Shown piece by piece: positions 24,168 to 36,682 of a DNA stretch of 64,000 nucleotides. The DNA comes from Vitrella brassicaformis CCMP3155. Lineage: Eukaryota; Protista; Chromerida. The stretch's first letter is position 1, and each line of letters opens with the position of its first letter. The notes beneath the pieces are model-generated. The model saw nothing but the letters and a program-made list of their open reading frames with translations, was not told where the DNA came from and made no database searches. The translations under genes were made by a program, and so were the position numbers. The DNA is taken from NCBI GenBank assembly GCA_001179505.1, contig CDMY01000347.1:186001-250000 (forward strand), in the 5' to 3' direction.

Positions 24168-25586
24168 ATGGCCTCCCTGCGCCTCGTCTTTCTTGCTGCT
24201 GTGTGCCTCGCCCTCCTCGCAGTCCCCGCGCAGAGTGGCTGCGACCCCGAAAAGCCGGACGACTGTAAAAGGATCATCGCGGGCGACCCCCCGGTAGACG
24301 ATGACCTGGATGAGGAGAATGGCAATGTCGTCGCAGAAAATGAAGTCCGGGGCAGCAGTAAGAATCACTGTTTGTGAAGTCACGCGCTGACTTTGATGGA
24401 GTGATCGAATTCATCTGCTGTTTGCGGTGCTTCAGAGATCGTTGCGGGCGTCCCTAATTTCAATGGTGGGACGGGGGACATCGTCGCGGCGAATTCTTTG
24501 TTTGTTGAGGGGCAAGCCGTGGTCGATGGCAACATTGTCGGCACCCGCATTCGTGGCACCGAACTCCGCGGCACCGAAATCAAGGGCACCAGAAGTAAGC
24601 AACAATACCGTATAATGACATGCTGCCTGTTGCGTCGATCTGACTGCAGAGATTACTGTGGGATTTCCGGGGACCTCTGACCAGTTCAACACGGGGCCGG
24701 GATTTCAGGGCAACTTGTATGTTGAAAATGACGCGGTTATCGAGGGCAACATCCGGGGCCCCCGCATCATCAATGCAGGAGTACGCATCACGTGTAATCA
24801 GCCGAGCTGCACGGTGTCGGGTGACAACATCTTGGCGCGAGACGGGGGTAAGCGAGTCACACAGATTACGTGTGCCGGTACACTGCTTCCTGCATAACAC
24901 TTCTGTCTGCATATGTGTCTCTAGGCGTAATTGCTTCAAGAAATGGACAAAGACCTAACGAGTGGACTTTGCACGATGGCGACGTGCAAGCAGCACTTAA
25001 TGTTGAGGCGGATCGCCACGTGTTGGCGGGTGGTCGTGTTCGTGCACGCGATGGTGTCTTCGGACAAAATGGCGTCTTCCTCGGTCGGTCGGTGGCAGGC
25101 GCGTTCGAGGTGTTAGACAGCGATGGCAGCAAGCAAAGGCCGGCGTCCATGGCCGAATGGGCAGATAACAATCGGTCAGTGGCATATGAGGCCTTCAGGC
25201 AGCTTCGTGTGCGGACCGATGGCGACACTCGCCTCTCTCTGGCCGCCGGTGAAGTGAAGAAGATCTTCCCGTCGGCAGTGAAGACGTTCGCAGTCCCCGT
25301 GCATGATGACGGGGCCGATGATGAGCAGGAGGCAGAGGAGATGACCATCGACCTGACACAACTGCTCTACACACAATTTGCCGTCACTCAGGACATTATC
25401 AACGAGAAGGAAGCGACGGCCAAAACCAATGAAGGGATGGCCAAGACGATTGCTGATATGAACGACACGATTGAGGAATTGAAGAAGGCTAATGAAGCCA
25501 TATTGGGTCGCATCGCGCGTCTGGAGCAGTCTGCAGGTCCTATTGAAGCGCTGCACAAGGTGGCCCAAGGTCTGATGGCACCGTAG
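24168..25586 (+). CDS. Secreted protein with tail-fibre-like beta-strand repeats and a C-terminal intramolecular chaperone (peptidase S74/ICA-like) domain plus coiled coil; 4 exons (24168-24357, 24436-24594, 24650-24847, 24925-25586)
   Basis: Signal peptide MASLRLVFLAAVCLALLAVPAQS. Three phase-1 GT-AG introns all restore the frame. C-terminal SD...AYEAFRQLRV...LAAGEVKKIFPSAV...TIDLTQLL...IEELKKANEAILGRIARLE. Confidence 0.7.
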
Positions 25587-26102
25587 CTCTAGCTGCTGAG
25601 CTGAGTGAGTGAGTATGCCTGTCTGTCTGTCTGTCTCTGTCTGTGTGTGGGCTGTACTTTACATTTCAAGAAGAGAGCTGCGATGTAAGAGCTGTTTGCG
25701 TCACAGCTCTTGTCTGCCTGTGTGCAGCTCTTATGTCGGTTTTTGAATGCAATAATTCTACTGTGTGTCTCTGTCTTCGTGTGTGGTGACTTTATCCTTA
25801 TCCCCTATGTGCGTGTTGGTTTGTGTGTGTCCGGGTGTGTGTGTCGAGCGGTGTGTGTTGTGACCTGTTCTATGCCATTGTGATTTTTGACCTCGCTCTT
25901 TTCGTTTGTCATTTGCACCGCTCCCTGCAGTGGCTGTGGGTGAGCTTTGAGTGCCGAGAGCAAGACGCTTCAGACGAAAACACTGATCGATTGATGCGTG
26001 GGATTGATGGACGAAAGAACACGAATCACATGCAAGTTCGCGTCGAGACGGGGGCCTCGTGGGGGCCAAGTTGAAACGGCCAGTTGCGCCTCGAAAGGAA
26101 CA

Positions 26103-29100
26103 ATGGCACCCAAGAAAGCGGCTGCTGCTCCCGATGGTGGTGACAAGCCTAAGGACGGCGTCACTCTGGCGCTCTTCATCAGGTCCGCCTCACACGAAAG
26201 GCGATGCCATTGGGCGGAGATGGATGGCTAAATGAGGCGCTCTCGTCTGCTCTTTCTTTCCGCAGGGCCACATTCATTGAGGAGTCGCCAGCAGCTGCTG
26301 CAAAGTGCCGTCTGGCCTTCCTCAACGACTCACACGAGTGCGGGGCGCTCAGCTCATTCGAGGCCGTCCAGCCTTCTCAAGAGGATGCCGACGAAACCCA
26401 TGAGGAGGCCGAAGGCGCCGAGCCAGCAGCAGCGTCCATCACATGCGAATTCAAAAAAGCGCTGCCCGCGATGGTGGTGGACGAGGGCAAAGCCGCGGAG
26501 CTTGCAGAGGCATTCTTGGGCTTTCAGCTGGTGTTGAGCGAGGAGGGAGGGGAGAGGGTGATTGATGAAGGCATGAAGGTGTTTGCGGGGCCGCTGTTGC
26601 TGGCCAAGGGGTCGGCGCCAGATGAAGGGAAGGACGAGGACCAGGGTGAAGAGCAAGAGAAGGGGGACATGCCACTGGGCGAGAGGAAGGGTGCAGTGAG
26701 GAGCAGGCCAGCGCAGAAGACGTATCTGACCGAACAAGTGCAGGGTGATTGACGATGCACAGACAGCTTTGTCGGTCAGCACTTGTTCGCTTTGTGTGTG
26801 TGTGAATGCAATGCAGGTCTGGTAGACATCGAGTATGGAATTTGTATTGAGCACCCCTTCGACGGCCCCGTCCTCCCTCCCGAACTCCACGAGCGGCTCA
26901 ACCCAGTGCTCATCACCATCCACACGGCACATCACCTGCCCCTCCCCTCAGCAAAGCAAGACCTGCCCCTCTTACAGCAGCAAGCCAACGGAGCTGTGCC
27001 GCATTCTCTTGACCTGTGGCAGCCTCCACACGCAGTCGTCACCGATCCGTAAGAAGGCATCTGGCTGCACGTACTCGAGGCACTGTCTCTGTTGCATGTA
27101 GTCCGATGGGTTTCCCTGAGACACGACTTCGCACAGAGGGCGGCCGCTTCACGGACCCCCTTTTCAAGACGGGTCAGCCCACCCTCCACTTCCCCATCAA
27201 CCGACCGTCACCGCCAAAAGGCTCACCCCGCTCGCACTTGCCGGTGCCCAGCGGCTCGGTCGTGTGGGAGCACGGCGCGATTATGTTCTGGGGGCCCGAG
27301 AGGATTGACCAGCATCGCCTGAGAGAAGAGCTGGCGATGAGAACAATGCGAGTGGAGATATATGACCGGACGCCTGTGCCCCCGCCGCCACCCGTGGATG
27401 AGGAAGCAGGTGCAGCAAACACTTAGAGACACGGGCAGACTTTTGTCCATTATGCATTGACAGATGAGGCGGAGGAAGAGGCTCCGCCCCCGCCAGTAGT
27501 CGAGAAGGGCAAGGCGAAAGGGAAGGCAGCCCCGCCCCCTCCACCAGACAAAAAGGCCAAGAAGGGCAAGGACAAGAATCACGAACCGCCACCCCCCGTC
27601 CAGCAGGAGACCAAGAAGGAGACACAGCCAGCCACAAATGAGCTGCCAAAGGTGGGACAGGCAGGAGTAGCCATTGTTTCAATGCGATGCTGGGCCGTCA
27701 TTTGTGTCTCCAGATATCGTCTCATGGGCTGGCTTGTGTGTCGCTGCGTCCGGTGCTCAACCCAAAGGTCACGCAGGTCAAACTGAGAGCTGACATCGTG
27801 CCCCACAGGTGGTCCATTCCTTTTGCCTTCACGTTCTCGATTCCGCAACTCTACATTTCTGGCTTCTTTCAGGGGCAATGCGAAGCAGCGCGCGCAGAAG
27901 GGGATTTTTCAAGGGATGGCGACGCCTTTTCTCCTTCATGACCCATCCAAGACACTGAAGCAAGTGGCTGGTGCCGCCAGAGAACGGGAATTCGCCCCGC
28001 CGTATCTGCAGAACGGGAGCTTCCTGACTCTTTCCATCCAGCTGATGCATCCACTCAAGACTGCTCTACAGGTATCTTGCTGCTGGGCAGCCCACAGATA
28101 TGTGTCGATTCGTCTTGTGGTCAGTTGGATGCTCGAGAGACCACAGCGGATGAGGAGACACGGGGTGAGGAGGGACAAGAAGGAGACGAGGAGGAGGAAG
28201 AAGAGGAGGAAGGCGACGAAGAGGGAGAAGAGAAACAGGTGGAGATCAAGGCTGAGGAGCCACCTTTGCCACCTTTGCTCAACGCGACCATTCGAGCGGC
28301 ACCAAAGCTCGAGGCTGCATTTGAACGATTCAACAGGGTCAGAGTGCACGCATGCAGGGGGCATGGGCAATCAGCTTATGTGACGCGTGCTTGTATCAGG
28401 CTGTCTTCATCCTCGACGGGCGCAAGACCACCATTATGCGCAAGATACTGGGGTGGGCTAGGCTACAGGCAAATCGCAGAACTCTGTGCATTTCTCATTC
28501 CTCATCTGCAGGTTCGTCGCCGCTCAAAACGCTGTGGCTATGGGGCTATCCGAAGGACCATCAAGGGCTCTGGCGGTCCGTCAGCTCACTGAAGAGGAGA
28601 GGAGTAGCCCTGACCTCGACATCATCACAGGCTTTGTGCTGCTGGATCGAAGGTAAGGCACTGCTGCTCATGCCGACGAAAGACAGCGCCATGCTCTTTC
28701 ACCATCGTTCAGCACCCGCCTTGTGGTGCTCGAAGGGCTCCGGAGTAAAGCCCTGTACCGCCTCATGACGGAAGAGCTGCCACGAGACAGACCGAATCGA
28801 CAGAAATACACCGTCCTCTACAACTCTGAGGTACCCATTTCACAGCATGCACCCAATGCGCCCATCCTCTACCGATTGTCTTGTTCAGATAGGCTTCTCG
28901 TCGCGCCGCTATGCCGCGTTCGATCTTCAGCTGAAGCACCTCAAGATCCGTGGCACACTGGAGAGGCTGATGCGGAAGCCTCAGATATACGATAGGAAGA
29001 CTGCAGAAGCCGAAACTATCTTCGAGACACTGCAGGCTCTCTGCGACCTCAAAAGGTGAAAAGAGGAGGGAGAGAAGGTGGAATGGACTCGGGTGACAAT

Positions 29101-31072
29101 GGATATGTTTGAGTACCGCAGGTGTGACCGCATCCACGCAGCGAAACAAAACCATCTCTTCCCATCCGTGGATGCGCTTCTGCTTGTCCAGTCCAACTAC
29201 GGTGACTTCGTCTCTGACAACGAGCTGCAGGTGAGAAGAACAATTCGTGCACGCCATTCATCATCAGAAGGTAACCAGCTCTCCTTGTCCTTGTCGGTTC
29301 AGGGTGGGTATGACGAGCCCGAGACGCAGAGCGTCCACGGCGGAGCCGCCACAGCCTACATGCAGTCCCCGCGCTCGCCGCACAGCACTGTGTACGGAGG
29401 CGGAGGGCCAATGTCAGAGATATCCCGCCGGTCTCCAAGGAAATCGGTCGTCAGCCGATCGCCGAGGGAGGAGGAAATGGACAGCGATGCCGACCAAGAG
29501 GGTGGCGAGGCGGAAACACTCACCGTCAAGCACAAGATTCGGTGGAAGGCACCCACAGAGTCGCACAATCCTACGTACGAAGCCCACCTCGAGAGGCGGA
29601 AGGCCGAAGTTCCCGCCGATGTGATCGAGCGGCACCGCCAAGACGTTGCTGAAATGTCGAGTGCTAACGCGGCGAGGTGGCCGGCGAAGGAAGAGCCTGA
29701 TCTGTCCTTCCTCGAGGGCCGGGAGGTGTTCTTGTATAGCAGCCAGAAGCTCAATAGCGGCGAGCTGCAGAGAGACGCGCTCAGGAAACGATTTCAGAAG
29801 AAGGACAAGGTGAGAAGGAGCTTGAATTGGCGAGCCTTCCTGTCGCTAGTCCTTGTCGTGTCTCTCACTGCAGGAGACTTTGTGGACATATTCTCCCGAG
29901 TACAACACACAGAGCTTTGGCATGGTCGACTGGAAGGGGTTGACCTTTCGAGACGACGTTCCAGGTGAGCCAGCCACGCCATCTGCACGTACGATTGCCA
30001 TCTGTCGCTCACGTCACGTTCATCAGGCAAGGTCCCCCACAAGCTGGCATGGCGCTTCCCGAAAGCAAGACCGCCGCAGGCCTTTAGACAGCCGCCCAGA
30101 GACATCAGCGATGCAAGACGGTACGCGCACCATTGCGCTCACGCCCAGTCAACAAGCCGCTGTACCATTCGCTGTGTCTCTTGCCAGCCACGAGCTATCC
30201 ACATCTTGGGAAGAGAACGAGTGGCGCGCCGAGCTGCAGCCGCCCTCCCAGCAGCGCGGTGCCCCGTTCTCGGTCAATACCACAGAGAGCATCCCTCCGC
30301 ACCAGCCCTTCGGCCCGTCGACCATCATGTGGGACGAGGGTCACCTTTTCGGTCCTACATCCCTCTTCAGGTCAGTGCACCACCCAGTCGACTCGCTTCG
30401 CGGCGTCCAGCCGGCGGTCAAGAAGGGTGACGAGCAGCAGGAGCCGCGCCCTCCCATGCGGATGTTGCTGCGTCAGCAGTTGCCGAGTGCTGCGGATCGA
30501 TTTGAGGGGGCGCGGAAGGGGCCTCCCGAGAAGACGGGGCTGCGTTTTGACCTGCGGCGACCGCCACGTGCGTTGGAGAAGAGGTTTGGCGTCACTGGTA
30601 TGCACGCCCCGCTCGAGATGCCAGACCGGGAAGAGCCATCCATCTTGGCCAAGGAGGTATTTTGCTGCTGGACAGCCACACACAGATGTATCGATTGTCT
30701 CTTGTATGCTGGATATTTTGTGGCATGCAGCCTTTCGAGGACCCGGGCGGCTTCGACCGGACCCTTCGCCGGTCCAAGAAAGACTCCCCTCACCCGTGGG
30801 AGACGCTTCCACGAATGCCTTCGCCATTTCTTGATCCTGACGTGTACGACATCGTGCTGTCGCGGCCGCCGCACGCAAGAGGCGAGGAAGAGCAGCATTT
30901 CATGACGGGGACATCACTTGCTGCTGTTGCTGACCGAGACTTTGACCTCTATAAGCCGCCGAAGAGAACAGTACTGCATAAGGGGCCGGCAGCGGGGCGA
31001 GGGCCGGTGACAGATGAGGAAAAGGCCTGGCACCCTGCTAGGTGGAATCTTGTGACGAGCGAGGCCGCATGA
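26103..31072 (+). CDS. Large multi-exon flagellar-type protein, CFAP92/FLJ43738-like
   Basis: MAPKKAAA start. Segments RLNPVLITIHTAHHLP, YLQNGSFLTLSIQL and VLYNSE-IGFSSRRYAAFDLQLKHLKI recall the CFAP92 family (from memory). Stop at 31070-31072. Confidence 0.55.
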
Positions 31073-31351
31073 GTGAGATGGGCCAAGGGAGGGGGTGTAA
31101 GGCATTCGTGTTTGTCCCATTCACTTGTGCGTGCAGTGCAGTACGATCGACAGTCGGATAAAGGTCTCTGCATGGATGATCTTCCATGGTCTCACGAAAC
31201 GCACCGCCCTTAGCACAGTATGTCGAGGAGAATGAATGTCCTACTGCCTTGTTCGCTCAGAACTAGGCGAACATGACACACGGAGGCATCACACCGACAC
31301 ATCAATGAATACACCGACACACGTGTCTCTCCAGCCAGATAGCCATAAATA

Positions 31352-33609
31352 TCATCTCTCGTCCGTGAGGGTCAGTGGCGGGAACAATGATCGCAGGAGG
31401 GCCGGGGTGAGCGTGGCGAAGCCGTCGAAGAGATGGTTTCGGTAGGTGTAGGCAGGGCCCGACCCAGCAGACAGCAGACGGGCGTGCTGGCTATCGCCCT
31501 CGAGCTCGTGCAGCCGCAGATGAGCCAGCCGGGCAGCTGCGCTCATGTACGCTAAACCTGCAGTCAGCAACACAACAGGAACACGAGCATAGGTGCAGTG
31601 CACGTGTGTGAACAAGTGACTGAGTGAGCTACCCGCCACGGCTGAAGTGAAGTACTGCGGGAAGGTCTCCTCTGGGCATGACTTCTCGGCCGCAGCAAAG
31701 GATGCCTGCAGCGTGGCCACGAGACACCCCGACCCGGTCATGTTGCCCACGAACGGATCGCTGTAACTCAGCTGAATGAATATGAATGGAACCAACCAAC
31801 CAGCCATAGAGCGCACATGAATGACCACACAGGTATGGAATAGAAAGCCAGTCGATCCCTCCATCCCCTCTCACCTCTGCGCTGAGTTTGGGGTCGCCCA
31901 CAATGACGTCCCTCTTGCCCGACATGCACGCGACAGCTCCACTGGCGCCAGTGAGGCCCCTCAAAATGGACAGCGGGTCGTCAACATCTCCTGCACAAAC
32001 ACACGCACCATGTGTCTGTCCTGAAGACCAGGTCCGGTCGTACCTATTGAGTCAACGCCCCTCACTTGCGCGCCGCCCTGGGCGTCCAGTTTGGGCATCG
32101 CATTGAGGGCCTTGGCGAGGGCTGTCATCTCACCGCCGTTGCCCTTGACAATGCGGACCCCGCCATCCTCCAAGAGAGCCTGAACAGAGAGAGGGACAGG
32201 ACGGCTGCACATTATGCAGGGTGTCCGCCTCCGTGTGTGATCGTCATTGACCCACCTTGAATGTGTCTGTACGTATGGTGGTGGCGCCGCACCCAACAGG
32301 GTCGAGCACAACGGGCGAGCCGGTCTTTTCTCGCGCCGTCCTCAGCGCAATCCTGGCCGCTTCTGTCACTCACAAACACAAACACGCACCACATGGCCAT
32401 GGCATGGCCTCCTCAGGCCTACCGCTCCTCACCTCTCCATTGATGGTCCAGTGTGCCGCCGTTCAGCACCACAGCGGACGAGAAGGCCCCCAGCTGCTCG
32501 GTCTCCTCACTTTCGAGTGACATGATCGGCGACGCGCCGACGAAGAGCGTGGCGTTGGCCGTCTGGGTGGTCACCACATCGTTGGTCAGATGGTGCACCA
32601 GGAACGGACCGCACTCAGCTGAGTGGCGCAGGTGGTCCAGCAGGCGATGGACACCCGCATAAAGCGCTGCCACGCTCTGCAGCCACAGGCAGACAGACAT
32701 GACTGACATGCCCGCACACAGACGGAGAGGCACGATCCATACCTCACCTTGCCGTGTCTGCACGTGTCAACGGCCAATCGATACGCCTCGGCGACTTCAC
32801 GGACGTTGGAAACGTCCTCGCCCAGCAGACCTGACACGCATAAAGGCCACCGACATGTCCCACTCGCTCTCCTTCTGCGTAACTCGGTGAGTCTGTCAGC
32901 TGTTCTCACCTGACACGGCGCACACGCCATTTGGTTTGGCCTTGGAATAGACCGTTGGAACATTGGCAGGAACGATGCCACCTGACAAACAGACAACGAA
33001 CAGCAACAGCAGGATGCATCCACCCACCCACCACCGTCCACAGCTGTGCCCCGGCCTACCTATAGCCAGCAGTGGTGGCACGGATGGCAGCCGCAAGTCG
33101 GCAGCCGCGGCAGCCACATGGCGCTCCACGGCGGCCAGCCCCTCCGGCCCTATCGGCTGCACCTGCTTGGTGCTCGTCGCAAAAATGGCGTTTGGCGCCA
33201 CATAGTCCGCCCTCGCATCCTCCTTCAGCGCCTCCCACACGCTCTCGGGCCGCTTCACGTCCACAGTGACACCCAGTATCCTCTCTGGGCCGATGATTGA
33301 CCGCACGGCGCTAGGCGGCATGTCGTCCTGGCCCACGTGTACGCCATCTGCATCGAGGGCCACGGCGATGTCTGCACGGTTGTTGACGATCAGAGGCACG
33401 CCGTATCGCTGCAGGATGGGTTTGAGCCTCCTGCCGAGGTCGAGAAACTCGTGATCAGAGGCCTTCTTGAGCCGCAGCTGGACGCACGTGACACCACCGC
33501 GGATGGCCTCGGTGATGCGTCGCTCGATTGATGAGCCGCCGGTGACGAATGCATCGTCAGTCACGAGATACACACCGTAATCGACGAGGCGACGCAAGCG
33601 ACGGAACAT
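31352..33609 (-). CDS. THI6: Bifunctional thiamine-phosphate synthase (ThiE) / hydroxyethylthiazole kinase (ThiM), THI6-like
   Basis: ThiE: VYLVTD, GGVTCVQLRLK, LIVNNRADIAVALDADGVHVGQDDM, ATSTK, AIGGI. In-phase splices run into ThiM: LVHHLTNDVVTTQTANATLFVGASPIM, AVVLNGGTL, VLDPVGCGAT, IVKGNGGE, NMTGSGC. Confidence 0.9.
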
Positions 33610-33804
33610 TGGTCGGTTATTGGGGAGATCTCTTGATGATTGTCGTGTGAGTCGCCTCCAAATGCACGAAGGGCGCAAGAAGAAGGCGCACGCGTCAAGA
33701 TGAGGCTGACCTTCAGCAACATCGGTTTCACGTGACACCCTAGGCGAGCTTCGCCTCCGATCTTTTCCCTCGTTCGTTGACGACACCGAAGAGGGACGCA
33801 CGTC

Positions 33805-34679
33805 GTGATGAGCGTAGAACGGAATTACTATTTGTCCAAGCCAGCGCTGGTGTGCGTCTTTAATGACCCCAACACGATGGCGGAACTCCAAGGGAAGCTG
33901 CTGATCTGGTTTTCCTCAGTTCCAGACGCTCATCCATGGCAGATCCAGTTCAAAGGCCACCCTCCCCCCAAACCTCACGACAGACCGGACAAGTTTTTCT
34001 CATTCAGTGGGTCGGCCTATCACCACACCGCAGAATCCTGACAGAAGACGGTATTACCGCTTCACGGAGGAGGAAGAGGTGACTTCCCACATGGATGATC
34101 CTGAGACGATGAGGGAACTGCAGGAGGCGCTGATAGTCTGGTTTGCCTCAGTCCAAGGCGATCCATCGGAGATCCAGTTCGAGAGCCACCCTCGCGTCAA
34201 CCCCGACATCAGACCAAACGAGTTCTTCAGGAGGGAGGAGGGGATGGATTACTTCAGACCCATGGTGTTCTACAGGGACGTGCAAGGTAGTACACAAGAA
34301 GAGAGAGAGGGATGCTGATGCTCTGGGTGTCTGTCACTCTGTCCATGTGCGTCTTTCTTCTCATTCAGCGGCCACACCTACCAGCGCACCGCAGAGTCCT
34401 GACACAGGTACGTACCTGACTGACTGGCCACACACATGCCGTGCACTGCGTGTAAGGAGGCGTCAACGAGTGAAGACGTGTCTGCTCTCTGGTTGCTGGC
34501 TCTCTGCAGCCGTGGTGGTGACCACTGGCAGAGAGGCTCGAGAGCCTCGAAGGCGAGCGCAGGCACGTGCGCAGGCGGCCGTTGCTGGGATTCAGGAGCA
34601 GGATGGGGAGCAGGCAAACAAGCAAGGTGACAAGCAAGATGACAAGGAAGAGGACGAGAGTCGGTGTCTTATTATGTGA
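33805..34679 (+). CDS. Small protein locus with an internally duplicated ~60-aa unit and a C-terminal CaaX (CLIM*); first unit is out of frame
   Basis: Unit 1 NYY...NDPNTMAELQGKLLIWFSSV...QIQFKGHP...RPDKFF versus unit 2 RYY...DDPETMRELQEALIVWFASV...EIQFESHP...RPNEFF. Introns at 34287-34368 and ~34408-34510. Ends DESRCLIM*. Confidence 0.55.
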
Positions 34680-36682
34680 GCCAGCTAGCTAGGCTGGCGG
34701 CTGTTACTGTGTGGCAGTGAAGAGGCCACCCTCTTGTCTCTGCCTTGGCTCGCCGGAGCTGCATCAGCCGGCCTTCTCACAAGTACGGCTGCAGCACCGG
34801 CTGTTCGGGGCCCTTGCCAAGAAGGACCTCAGTGTGCTGCTCGAGTCGTTCCCGGCCGGCGACCGCAAGCGTCGGCGCTTCTCTACCTGCCAGGGACTCC
34901 TCTCGTTTGGCTGGCTCTCTGCCATTATTAGCTATATTCGAGGGGCGACAATCGGAAGTGCCTCAATGACTACGCCTGCCTTATGGCCACTGCCGCACGG
35001 CCACTGCCGTCACTCTCGGCCTCCCCTTCCCCGTCGCCAACATGTCGTCCACTTGCACCTGTGTGTGGTCTGGGGCAGGCCTGTGACATTCGTATGCGTT
35101 GCGCCGCATGCGGAAGCGCGTCTGGTCTGTGGCTTGTGTGTGGGATGGATATGGGTGCCTGCCACGCGTGAATAGGTTGTGTGGGGAGTGGTGTGGCATG
35201 CCTTCCTAGTAGGTTGTGTGGTGCGGGTGAGTGTCGTGTGGTAAGGGATTTCTTTGCAATGATATGGTGCGATTTTGAATTTTGTTGTATTCTAGTTTTC
35301 CGCCCCTGACGGATGGCTCTGATACAATGTGGATTCGAGACAAGCGTGATTCAGTCATGTGAGCTGGATTCGTTCATCCGACACCGATTCAAGTATGCCA
35401 GTCATTCCGAGCCTATAGGCGGCATCAGCTGGACATAATTAAGGTGAACTCAATCACCATGCACACAAGCATGCACACACTCATGCAGTCAATCCATGGC
35501 ATCAAATCATCCGTTGCAAAGGTCAACAAGAATGCAAGCCGTTTCGGTCCACAAGGCTGGCAGATCAAGGCGTTTGAGCCTCACTGAGCACCCGCCAGAG
35601 ACCAAGTGAAGGCCCTCTGCACCGAAAGGGGCACAACTTTTGGCGCAATTCGGTGCAATCTGACCTCATCTACGGCAGCAGCCATCCTCTCTCCCTCTCT
35701 CTGCCTCTAAGCCTCCCGTTGTCCGCAGGAAGCGAATTTCAAATTCGCGAGATTCTTGCGAGCTGAGACGGAGACAAAATGATTTTAAAAGCCGTTTCTT
35801 CAATTTTTCTCCGCGTTCGGCTTTCCAGCCTTGTTTTGACCACAGATCCTCCGTTTCTCTTTCTTTTCGGCTGGTTGTTGGCTTGTGTTGTCCGCTGCAT
35901 CTCCCTCTACCCCTCCCAACTTGTCCGGATTTCATCCGCCACTTCTTTTCTCCACCGCCGTGCCCCGGGCGAGGCCTCGCCTGGTGGCGCCCGCCTTCTG
36001 TGGAGCGGCTGGCGACTCCTTGGCGCCTGCCGAGTGCGCACGCGCCTTCTTTTCGCATGATCCGCCCTCCAGCAGGTGAGTACATTTGAGTGTGGCCTCG
36101 TGCATCATGTTTCTTAGGTGCGGTGATGGTGTGATGTGTGGATGATGTGTAGGGATGAATGCACGGTGCATTTCGATGCCATGGGTGTGCTCAGATGCCT
36201 CCTGTTGCCGTGTTTGTACGTGCAGATGAAGTGGTGGTTTATTCTTCTCATTCCCGTCTCATGTTCTCGACGCATTTCTCTGAAGGTTGGTGAGGTGGGT
36301 GAGTGCCCCACTCAGCCTCATGTTCACGGTCGCGTCGGATTTCCTATCTGCTGCTTTTCAGAAACGCAATCCTTTGGTCCGATGAGAAAAACGCCGAGAA
36401 AACAGCGAGAAAACAGAGTATTTGGTCAACTAATCTACTTCATTGTGGCTCAGTGCAGCCGGCCGAGAAGTTTTCCCAACGACGACAGCCTCCTGACCAA
36501 CGAGAAGGCACGCGTATGGAAGGCGATAAAGGTAGGCGCGTATTCACGTGCACTGTGTCAGAAATTCAGAACGCTCACTGATTTCTTCCGCAGAAAACGA
36601 GCTGTGTCTTCAGACAAAAGCGGAGCTTCTGAGTAGGCCAGTCGCCTCATTCGCGCCGCCACCAAGGGACAGATGGCGTGTC

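Noticed and set aside
34711-36636. ORFs of 139-166 aa at 34.7-36.6 kb
   Set aside because: No domain signal, no convincing splice structure, and conflicting frames and strands.
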